Shown piece after piece: positions 41,377 to 50,200 of a stretch of DNA of 64,000 bases. A program made the position numbers and the translations under genes. The notes under the pieces are model-generated. The model was given only the letters and a program-made list of their open reading frames with translations. It did not search any database and was not told the DNA's origin. The stretch comes from an uncultured Chloroflexia bacterium (lineage in GTDB: Bacteria; Chloroflexota; Limnocylindria; Limnocylindrales; CSP1-4): positions 768,001 through 832,000 of the forward strand of contig CAWFXA010000002.1 of the NCBI GenBank assembly GCA_963819655.1. The letters are read 5' to 3'. Each line of letters starts with the position of its first letter. The first letter of the stretch is position 1.

Positions 41377-41478
41377 TAGCGGTGCCGTTGGGCGACACCG
41401 GGAGCCCCGATGGGGTACCTCGACGGGGGACCAGTGGGTCAGTTGTCGGGCGGTCGCGCGCGGCGCACGATCGGCCCC

Positions 41479-41691
41479 ATGAAGAAGCGAATCCTCGCCG
41501 CATTCCTCTGGTTCTACGCCGGTTGGTACGGCGGCGCGCTCCTGGCCGATTTCATCGGCGTCAGCCCGCTGCTCGGCCCGATCGTCGGGGCCGCAGTGGC
41601 AGCGTTGATCGTCGGCGACCCGCGTCGGATCATCTGGACCGCCCGAACCGCCAGCCCGGCCGCGTCCGAGGCCACGCCAGAACCTGCCTGA
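41479..41691 (+). CDS. Small 2-TM protein (70 aa) between cassettes
   Basis: MKKRILAAFLWFYAGWYGG...GPIVGAAVAALIVGDPRRIIW; CACGAT 7 nt before ATG. Confidence 0.75.
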   Translation: MKKRILAAFLWFYAGWYGGALLADFIGVSPLLGPIVGAAVAALIVGDPRRIIWTARTASPAASEATPEPA

Positions 41692-41726
41692 CACCGAGCC
41701 GCGCCCGGCGCGGCCGATCGACGCGA

Positions 41727-41760
41727 TGAGCGCCGGGTGCCTGTCGTCACCCGGCGCTCA
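41727..41760. terminator. Bidirectional terminator hairpin
   Basis: 13-bp stem tgagcgccgggtg / cacccggcgctca between convergent genes. Confidence 0.7.
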
Positions 41761-41796
41761 CCGATCCCCCTTCGGGAAATTCGATCGACGCTGGAG

Positions 41797-42861
41797 TTAG
41801 CGCACCAGCTGCACGGCCAGCGAGGCGAACTCACCCGGTGAGCTGCCGGTGGTCGGACCAAGGAAGAACTGCTTCCGCCACACGCCCGAGATGTTCTTGC
41901 CGCCCTCGCACTCGGTCAGCTGGAAGCCGGCGAACCCGATGATGTGGTACCAGCCGTTGGCGCCGGTGCCCCCGGCGTAGTCCCAGATCGGGATGGTGAC
42001 CACGATCTCGTTGTCGATGTAGTAGGAGCAATCGGCGCTGGCCTTGTTGCCGGGCAGGCTGCCGATGCGATCCAGATCCGGATCGCCGGACACCGCGGTG
42101 CAGCAGCCGAAGCTGTTCGACGGCGGGCCGATCTCCTCCTGGAGGAAGGGCTTGTTCTCCTCGCAGCCCGACGAGGTCGACATCCCCAACCCGAATCCTG
42201 CGCACTTGTTCTGCGCGCCGAACTTCAGCCAGCCGAAGCCGCCGGGCACGTTCAGGTTGCCCGGGGTGAGGTTCTGCGGCTGGCACTCCGGGCTCGACCC
42301 GACATCGCCCGTGCAGAACGGGTACGTCTCGAAGAAGGCGAGCGAGATCCCGGCCGGAAACACGTTCCCCATCGGTGGCGCCGCGGCGTATCCGCCCCGC
42401 GCGGTGGCGACCGAGCTGGCCGTCCAGTCGCCGCTGCCGATGATCCCGAGCAGGTACGGATGGAAGGTCCTGCTCGATCCGACGGTGACGCCTTCCGTCC
42501 CGGTCGGGATCGTGCCGCTGCCGACCCACCCGGTGAATGCCCCGGCGCGGCTGACATAGCGCGGGCCGTTCGGCGATCCGTAGGTGACCGGCGTGCCGCC
42601 GTTTGCCGCGATCGTCGCGTCGATCGACGAGACGACGTTCGCGTCGGTGCCGTTGACGGCATCGTTATCGATCCACGTGGCGATGATCCGGGCGCCCGCG
42701 AGGGCGGCGAAGTCGGATGCATTCTGCGACGCGCGACGCTGGAGCAGTGCGTTGCCGCCATCGATGACGAGTGCGACGGCCAGGATGATGACGACCATGC
42801 TGAGCGCGAACAGTGCAAGGATCTGGCCTCGCGGACGCACCTCAGCCTGCTGACTGGGCAT
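41797..42861 (-). CDS. tadG: TadG-like pseudopilin, cassette C
   Basis: RG|QILALFAL, IDGGN...SQNASDFAALAGA; Cys-rich C-domain with GFAGF, ending LAVQLVR. Confidence 0.8.
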   Translation of the reverse strand: MPSQQAEVRPRGQILALFALSMVVIILAVALVIDGGNALLQRRASQNASDFAALAGARIIATWIDNDAVNGTDANVVSSIDATIAANGGTPVTYGSPNGPRYVSRAGAFTGWVGSGTIPTGTEGVTVGSSRTFHPYLLGIIGSGDWTASSVATARGGYAAAPPMGNVFPAGISLAFFETYPFCTGDVGSSPECQPQNLTPGNLNVPGGFGWLKFGAQNKCAGFGLGMSTSSGCEENKPFLQEEIGPPSNSFGCCTAVSGDPDLDRIGSLPGNKASADCSYYIDNEIVVTIPIWDYAGGTGANGWYHIIGFAGFQLTECEGGKNISGVWRKQFFLGPTTGSSPGEFASLAVQLVR

Positions 42862-42871
42862 CGGGTCCCCT

Positions 42872-43408
42872 CTAGTTGATGACCATGGATGTCGACGCCG
42901 ACATCGACACGATGCCGACGATCTGGGAGATGACCGGTGTGATCGGTCGGAACGTCCCAGCGACGCGGACCGATGCGACGTTGCCGCTCCCGTTGCTGGT
43001 GCACGAGGTGCCCGTCCAACCGCCGGTCGGCGTGCCACCGGACGGGTCGCATCGCACGAACACGTCGGTCGCGGGGACGACAGCGAACGGCGCGATCATC
43101 CGGTTGGCGGCAGTCACGATGTCGGTCTTCATGGAGGCGCTCGACGCCGGACACGTCGGCCCATTCGCCGAACCGCAACCGGCGTCCGCCGAACCGATCC
43201 AGCTCGCCTCCACCGATGCCAGTCGGGCGCCTTCGCGGGCGGCCTGGGACAGGACGCTGTGCTGGTAGACCAGGCGGCCGCCGTCGATCAGGCCGAACAG
43301 GAACAGGATGAAGATCGGCAGGACGAGGGCGAACTCGACAAGGCTTTGGCCGCCTGATAGCCGCCGGTCGCGGGCGGTCCGCCGCACACTCGCTCGCAGC
43401 CGCCTCAC
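42872..43408 (-). CDS. tadE: TadE-like pseudopilin, cassette C
   Basis: GG|QSLVEFALVLP...QAAREGAR...FRPITP; GTGA overlap. Confidence 0.88.
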   Translation of the reverse strand: MRRLRASVRRTARDRRLSGGQSLVEFALVLPIFILFLFGLIDGGRLVYQHSVLSQAAREGARLASVEASWIGSADAGCGSANGPTCPASSASMKTDIVTAANRMIAPFAVVPATDVFVRCDPSGGTPTGGWTGTSCTSNGSGNVASVRVAGTFRPITPVISQIVGIVSMSASTSMVIN

Positions 43409-44556
43409 GGTGACACCGACCGCGTGACGCTGTGGGAGCCGCTCGCGCTGGTCACGGACAGCGTCACGTTCCACGTCCCGTTATTGCTCGGGAAGCTATG
43501 GAACGGATTGGGCGCGTTGCTCGACGGGGAGCCGTCGCCGAAATCCCACAGCCACGCCGTGATCGGGCAGCCGGCCGGCGCCGACGAGAGGTCTGAGAAC
43601 GTGATGTTTCGCCGCGGATTGCCCGACAGCCAGCTGAAGTTCGCGACCGGGTTGGCGCACGGCGCCGGTGTGGGTGTCGGGGTCGGTGCCGCGGTCGGGG
43701 TCGGTGTCGGGCCGCTGGTCGGCGTGGGGGTCGGCCCCCCGGTCGGGGTCGGTGTCGGCGCCGCAGGCGGGACGGTCACGGTGCGGATCGCCGTGAGAGT
43801 GCCACCCTGGTTCGTGACCTCGAGCGTGACGACATAGGTGCCGGGCGACGCGTACGTGTGGGTCACCGGGATGCTCGATCCCACGTCGGTCTCCCCGTCC
43901 CCGAAGTCCCAGTTGTAGCCCGAGATCGTGCAGACCCCGGTGTCAGGCTTCGACCCGTCGGGGTTGGCGATGATCTGAAGTCCGGTGGCGACGATCGAGA
44001 ACGTCGCATTCGACGGCCCTGCGCAGGAGCTCGGGCCTCCGCCCGTCCCGCCGGCCGCGGACACGAACACGGCCGTCGTGACATTCGCCGACATCCGGAG
44101 GCTGCCGCCGAACATGTCGTTGATCAGAGGGGTAAGGAAGGTGAACGGCTGGCGGACCGTGACAGTCAGGGTGTTGCCGGCGCCAGCGCCTCCCGGTGCC
44201 GCTGCACAGGCGATCGTCGTTCCTGCCTGATTCGCACAGCTGGTGATGATCGGGTCGAGCGGGCCTTCGCCCTGCGACTGCGCGTTCTTCTCCTGGACCG
44301 CCCGGGCTTGCATGCCCACGCTATCGGTGGGCTGTGTGGCGCCGTAGGCGGCGGCCTCACGAGCGGCGTTGCTGACCTGGATGTACGTGAAGAACAGGCG
44401 ACCGAAGTCGACTGCCATCAGCAGCAGAGCGAGGAAGATCGGGAGGACCAGCGCGAACTCGACCACGGATTGACCGCGGCGGCGTCTGGCCGGGCGGCTC
44501 GCACCATGCGGCGCACGCGCACGCACAGGCTTCCGCCATCGGAAGCGATCCCACAT
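43405..44556 (-). CDS. TadE-like pseudopilin fused to two PKD domains with a Pro/Thr linker, cassette C
   Basis: RG|QSVVEFALVLP, NAAREAA; YNWDFGDG and WLWDFGDG; (PT)n linker at about 43670-43760. Confidence 0.88.
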   Translation of the reverse strand: MWDRFRWRKPVRARAPHGASRPARRRRGQSVVEFALVLPIFLALLLMAVDFGRLFFTYIQVSNAAREAAAYGATQPTDSVGMQARAVQEKNAQSQGEGPLDPIITSCANQAGTTIACAAAPGGAGAGNTLTVTVRQPFTFLTPLINDMFGGSLRMSANVTTAVFVSAAGGTGGGPSSCAGPSNATFSIVATGLQIIANPDGSKPDTGVCTISGYNWDFGDGETDVGSSIPVTHTYASPGTYVVTLEVTNQGGTLTAIRTVTVPPAAPTPTPTGGPTPTPTSGPTPTPTAAPTPTPTPAPCANPVANFSWLSGNPRRNITFSDLSSAPAGCPITAWLWDFGDGSPSSNAPNPFHSFPSNNGTWNVTLSVTSASGSHSVTRSVSP

Positions 44557-44606
44557 CGATATAGGTCCCCGGCGGTTACCCGGCGAATACCGGGTAGTCG
44601 AGCGGG

Positions 44607-44641
44607 ATTATCAGGCATCGAACCTTGCAGCGAACCTTGCA
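44607..44641 (-). promoter_or_regulatory. GCAAGGT-N5-GCAAGGT direct repeat plus -10 GATAAT
   Basis: Plus strand accttgc at 44622 and 44634 (gaaccttgcag twice); GATAAT 44612-44607. Confidence 0.75.
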
Positions 44642-44724
44642 GAGCCCGCTTCACGCCGAAGAGTGGTGCACCATCGCACCGAGCCCGTAACGGAATCAGT
44701 GCGGGTTCGTTGCGACGGCTTGGC

Positions 44725-46185
44725 TCAGGCCTCGTCGCCGGATTCGCCCGGCAAAGCGATCGAGAAGGCCGCACCCCGACCCGGTTCGGAGGGCTCGAGC
44801 GTGAGCTCGCCACCCATGGCGCGACACAGCTCGCGCGAGACGTACAGACCGAGGCCACTGCCGCCGTCCGGAGCGGGATCGCCGCCCCTCTCGAACCGCG
44901 TGAACAGGCGGCCGCGGTCGGCATCGGCGACCCCGGGTCCGCGGTCGCTGATGGTCAGTCGCACGCGGCGGGCGTCGGCGTCGACCGCGATGGCGGCACG
45001 GACCGGGGTGCTGCCACCGTACTTCACGGCATTGTCGAGCAGGGCCCACAGCACCTGGTCGAGCTGATCCGGGTCGGCGATCGCGAGCCAGCCAGCGGCT
45101 CGGTCGTCGAGCTCGAACTCGACGTCGTCGACGCCCAATGCTTCCCATGCCTTGCGGACCCTCGTCGCGAGCGAGACGACCTCGCTGCGTGGCTTGAGCG
45201 CCCCCGACTCGAGACGCGTCACGGTGAGCAGCTGGCGGACCATCCGCGACAGCCGTTCGGACTGTTCCGCGATGATCCCGAGCCGCCGATCCGGCGATGC
45301 CGCGTCGAGCTGTTCGGCATACGCGCGAATGCTCGTGAGCGGTGTCTGCAGGTTGTGGCTGACGCCGCGCAGGAAGTCGTCCTTGGCCGCATCGAGCTCG
45401 AGCAGCTGGCGGTTCTGGGACTCGACCTGGGCGAACAGCTGAGCATTCCGGATGGCCGATGCCATCTCGCTCGCGAACAGCTCGAGGAGGTCCTGGTCGG
45501 CGGGCTCCCAGCGGCGCGTCGCCGGCAGCCGGCCGATGAGGATCCCGATGTCCTGGCCGCCGGCGCGCATGACCGCGCGAAGCGGCCGCGACACTCCCGG
45601 CACGACCTCCTCTTCCTCGACGATCGACGGGTCGCCCATGACGACGGTCGCATCGATGAGTGCGAAGGCCGACGTGGCGTCGGCCCCGGTCCGCTGGACG
45701 AGCGCCTCGACGTCGTCATGGAGCGATACCTCGTCGATCGCCGCCAGGATCCGGCCGAGCTCGCGGTTTCGGCGCTCGAGGTCCGCGGCGAGGCGATTGT
45801 GGCTGTCGGCCAGCCTCGCCAGCTCGTCATCGCCCACGACCTGCATCGGGCTCTGGAGATCGCCCTTGGACACCCGGTCGACCGCGGCGACGACCGAGCG
45901 CAGGGGCGCGAGCAGCTCTGTCGCCAAGGCGAACGCCGCAACGATCGCGAAGGCCAGCAGGATCGCGAGCGCGAACAGGAGGACCTGGGCGAACGTGGCG
46001 TCGACGGACTGGTCGCCCAGGATCGATTCGAAGGCGAGGACGACGACGCCGAAGACCGCGAGCGGGACGATCGCCGCAAAGAGGAGCGCCGCGGTCAGCC
46101 GCGAGCGGAAGCTCATGCGCGGCGGGCGATCGGCCGGCGCGGGAGGCGCGTCGCTGGATGGCCGGACCAGTCGGTCGTCAGCCAC
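44725..46185 (-). CDS. Sensor histidine kinase (2 TM, HAMP, GAF-like, HisKA, HATPase)
   Basis: VSHNLQTPL, LLDNAVKY, DRGPG, LFTRFER, GSGLGL; two TMs joined by a ~15-aa loop. Start is GTG 46185 or ATG 46116. Confidence 0.93.
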   Translation of the reverse strand: MADDRLVRPSSDAPPAPADRPPRMSFRSRLTAALLFAAIVPLAVFGVVVLAFESILGDQSVDATFAQVLLFALAILLAFAIVAAFALATELLAPLRSVVAAVDRVSKGDLQSPMQVVGDDELARLADSHNRLAADLERRNRELGRILAAIDEVSLHDDVEALVQRTGADATSAFALIDATVVMGDPSIVEEEEVVPGVSRPLRAVMRAGGQDIGILIGRLPATRRWEPADQDLLELFASEMASAIRNAQLFAQVESQNRQLLELDAAKDDFLRGVSHNLQTPLTSIRAYAEQLDAASPDRRLGIIAEQSERLSRMVRQLLTVTRLESGALKPRSEVVSLATRVRKAWEALGVDDVEFELDDRAAGWLAIADPDQLDQVLWALLDNAVKYGGSTPVRAAIAVDADARRVRLTISDRGPGVADADRGRLFTRFERGGDPAPDGGSGLGLYVSRELCRAMGGELTLEPSEPGRGAAFSIALPGESGDEA

Positions 46186-46900
46186 CGGAGCGCTTCTGCG
46201 GCGCGGCCGAGACCAGCCGGTACCCGACGCCCCTGACCGTTTGGACATGGGCCGGACGGTTCGGGTCGACCTCGACCTTCTGGCGGAGGCGACGCATGGT
46301 CACCCAGACGTATGACGGATCGGCGTCCTCGGTCTCGGCCCATCCACGTGCCAGGAGCGTCTCGGTCGTGACCGTCTGACCGAGGTTGGCGGCGAGGGCG
46401 TACAGAAGGCGCGATTCGGTCGGGGTCAGCTGGACCACCTGGCCACCGACCGTGGCTTCGCGGCGATGCAGATCGAGCGTCAACGACGGCCCGAGCTTCA
46501 GGCTCTGGCGAGGAACCTTGTCGCCCAGCCGGCGGAGGACCCGGTTGATGCGCGCCCGCAGCTCGGGGTAGTGGTACGGCTTGGTGACGTAATCCTCGGC
46601 GACCTCCTCGAGCAGGTCGGCCTTGGAATCGCCTGCATCGATCGCCGAGAGGACGATGATCGGCAGGTCCGCCTGTGCCTTGATCTCGCGCGCGAGGGTC
46701 AGGCCGTCCATCCGCGCCATCATCATGTCGATGATCAGGAGGTCGGGCCAGGCCGATCGCAGACGGCGGAGTGCCTCGTCGCCGTCCCGCGCGGTCGAGA
46801 TCTCGAAGCCGTCGGCGCGCAGCTGATCGGCGAGCAGGACCAACAAGTTCGGATCGTCGTCGACCAGCAGGATCCGAGGGGCGTGCGGACCTGACAGCAT
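46178..46900 (-). CDS. OmpR/PhoB-family response regulator
   Basis: ILLVDDD, IIDMMM, DYVTKPY, LTPTE, MRRLRQKVE, TVRGVGY; TATACT 7 nt before ATG. Confidence 0.95.
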   Translation of the reverse strand: MLSGPHAPRILLVDDDPNLLVLLADQLRADGFEISTARDGDEALRRLRSAWPDLLIIDMMMARMDGLTLAREIKAQADLPIIVLSAIDAGDSKADLLEEVAEDYVTKPYHYPELRARINRVLRRLGDKVPRQSLKLGPSLTLDLHRREATVGGQVVQLTPTESRLLYALAANLGQTVTTETLLARGWAETEDADPSYVWVTMRRLRQKVEVDPNRPAHVQTVRGVGYRLVSAAPQKRSGG

Positions 46901-47229
46901 GTCCGCGAGTATAGGGACGGCGTTCGCGACGACCTCGTAGTACCGGCGGCGAGTCGTCTCGGCGTCCGGTTGGTGCGGTCGGACACCTGTTTCTGCGGCC
47001 AGGTGTGGTCCGGGGCAGAGCAGACGTCCGAATGGGGGATGACTTCCGGCGGACGGGTCAGTACGGTTGGCGCCCGCTCGTTCCGGAGCGGCCAACTGAA
47101 TAGTCACTCGTCCCGTGTCGGGGTGAGGCGACCTCGGGCCCAGGACGCAGCTCTCATCCGTTCGTTCTTCCTTCGGACCCTGCGAACCCGAGACGCCACC
47201 CGTCACGCCAGGCGCCTTGGGGGACCTTG

Positions 47230-50200
47230 ATGTCGCGCGTATCCAGCCGCCTCTCGTTCGTGGGTCATCGCTCGCTTGTCGCGATCCAGACCTTCCTGCT
47301 GATCGCCACGCTATTCGCGCCGATCCCGGTGGCCGCAGAGGATCCGACGGACGACCCGGGCGCCAGCGCGCCGCCCACGACCGAACCGGCTGCGACGCCG
47401 GACCCGACGCCCGACCCCACGGCCGAGCCGACTGCTGAGCCGACGCCGGACCCCACGCCGGAACCCCCGGCCGCGACTCCCGACCCGACCCCTGAGCCGA
47501 CCGCCGAGCCGCCGACCGCCGAGCCGCCGACCGCCGAGCCGCCGACCGCCGAGCCGCCCGCCGCGACCCCTGACCCCACGACCGAGCCGTCCACGTCGGT
47601 CGGCACGCCGACGATCCAGAGCGACCTCGCGGACTACCCGCCCGGCGGGCTGGTCACGCTGACTGGCTCAGGCTGGCAGCCGGGCGAGTCCGTGCACATC
47701 TTCGTCAACGACGACTGGGGCAGCAGCTGGTCCCGCAACGTCGACGTCATCGCGGACGCCTCCGGCGCGATCGTCGACCAATTCAACCTCCCAAACTGGT
47801 TCGTGGCTGTTTACTCCGTCACTGCGACGGGTTCCATTTCAGGGGCCGCGACAACCAGCTTTACCGACGCGAGGGTGGTCACCACCGCGACGCTAAACGG
47901 CGGAACCACCGTCACAGTCAATACGGGAGGCTCAATCAGCGCAGTAGTTAACGTGACGACTGACGGGTCTGGCGCGAATGCCCGATGGCGTTCAACCTCT
48001 TGGTCGATTGCGACGACTGACCCAGCTGGCACGAGTGCTGGCACCTGCGTCAATCACGGGAACCATGATCTGGCGGGGTCGTACTCGGAGTCGTTCAGCA
48101 TCACCGCGCCGCCCACAGCCGGGACGTACAACGCCTATTTCAAGGCGCATGCGGACGATGGTTGTGGCATCGCAAACGGTCCCAGCGCCCTGTTCAAGCT
48201 GACGGATGGTGTCATCGCTCGCTGGCCCACTACGACGATGCTGAGTTCCAGTGGAAGCCCCAGCGTATTCGGCACCCTGGTGACTTTCACAGCGACTGTA
48301 ACGGCGACCGGCGGGAACCCATCTGGGGTCGGAACCGTGAACTTCAGCGCGGGCTCGGGCCCGCTCTGCACGGCGGTTGCTCTGTCCGGCAACACGGCAA
48401 CGTGCAGCACGTCGACGCTTACCGTCACCGGCAGTCCTCACACCATCACGGCTCAGTACAACGGCACGACGACTGGCTCGCCGCAATTCGCGCCGAGCGC
48501 GCTCGCAACTCTGTCCGGAGGACAGACCATCACCAAGGCCAGCTCGACGACGACCGTGACCTGTCCGGCCGGTCCGTACACGTACACCGGCCTGGCCCAG
48601 ACGCCGTGCACGGCGACGGTCACCGGGGCCGGTGGCCTGAGCCTCAGCCCGACGCCCGACTACACCGCCAACACCAACGCCGGGACGGCCACCGCCAGCT
48701 ACACCTATGGCGGCGATGACAACCACACCGGCAGTGACGACAGCGACTCGTTCACCATCGACAAGGCGACCCTGGCCGTCGACGCCGACGACCAGACCAA
48801 GGTGTTCGCGGATGACGATCCGACGTTCAGCTGGACATACAGCGGCTTCGTCAATGGCGAGACCGCCGACGACGTGACGATCAGCGGCGCCGCCGACTGC
48901 TCGCGCGATCCCGGCGAGACCGTGCTCGGCGGCCCGTACGCGATCACCTGCGCACCGGGCGACCTGCTCGCGGACAACTACACGTTCGTGACCGGCGAGC
49001 CGGGCGCGCTGACCATCACCAAGGCCAGCTCGACGACGACCGTGACCTGTCCGGCCGGTCCGTACACGTACACCGGCCTGGCCCAGACGCCGTGCACGGC
49101 GACGGTCACCGGGGCCGGTGGCCTGAGCCTCAGCCCGACGCCCGACTACACCGCCAACACCAACGCCGGGACGGCCACCGCCAGCTACACCTATGGCGGC
49201 GATGACAACCACACCGGCAGTGACGACAGCGACTCGTTCACCATCGACAAGGCCGACGCGGTGTGCACGGTGACCGGCTACGACGTCGTCTATGACGCGG
49301 CCGCCCACACCGCCACCGGCTCGTGCGTCGGCGTCGAGGACGAGACCCTGGCCGGGCTCGACCTGTCGACCACGACCCACACCAACGCCGGCACCTATGC
49401 CGACGATCCGTGGTCGTTCATCGACCTGACCGGCAACTACAACGACACCTCGGGCACCGTCGCTGACCAGATCGACAAGGCGCCCTCGTCCACGGTCGTG
49501 ACCTGCCTGGCCGGTCCGTTCGTGTACAGCGGCTCAGCCCACACGCCGTGCTCCGCGGCGGTGACCGGTGCCGGCGGCCTCAGCGAGACGCTGACCGTCA
49601 GCTACACCGACAACGTCGATGCGGGGACGGCCACGGCCAGCGCCGGCTACGCCGGTGACGACAACCACGAAGCCAGCTCGGACAGCGAGACGTTCACGAT
49701 CGACAAGGCGCCCTCGTCCACGGTCGTGACCTGCCTGGCCGGTCCGTTCGTGTACAGCGGCTCAGCCCACACGCCGTGCTCCGCGGCGGTGACCGGTGCC
49801 GGCGGCCTCAGCGAGACGCTGACCGTCAGCTACACCGACAACGTCGATGCGGGGACGGCCACGGCCAGCGCCGGCTACGCCGGTGACGACAACCACGAAG
49901 CCAGCTCGGACAGCGAGACGTTCACGATCGACAAGGCGCCCTCGTCCACGGTCGTGACCTTTGAGGCTGGCCCATACATCTATCGAGGGACGTCATTCGC
50001 CGCGACTGCCCTGGCGACCGGTGTTGGTGGTCTGAGCATCGCCGTCGCGGTCGACTACAGCGGCGATTGCACCAACGTCACCATTGCCGGTGGCTGCACT
50101 GCCTCCGCGACATTCGCGGGCGACCTGAATCACTACGGTAGCGGCGACTCCAAGAGCATCACGATCCTGAGGAAGAACGTCACCGGGGCGTTCACCGCTG

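Noticed and set aside
37351-43339. 34/35-bp identity between tadE 5' regions (37351-37385 and 43305-43339) as shufflon or recombination sites
   Set aside because: Explained by the conserved VEFALVLPIFIL helix plus GC codon bias; no recombinase or inverted sites are present.
47215-47230. ccttg repeated twice at the adhesin start as a fifth GCAAGGT site
   Set aside because: The period is 10 rather than 12, it is oriented away from the adhesin gene, and it overlaps the RBS and start.
47380-49961. Repeats as a CRISPR array or DGR template/variable pair
   Set aside because: They are in-frame coding repeats with no unique spacers, no adenine-specific mismatches, and no cas or reverse transcriptase nearby.
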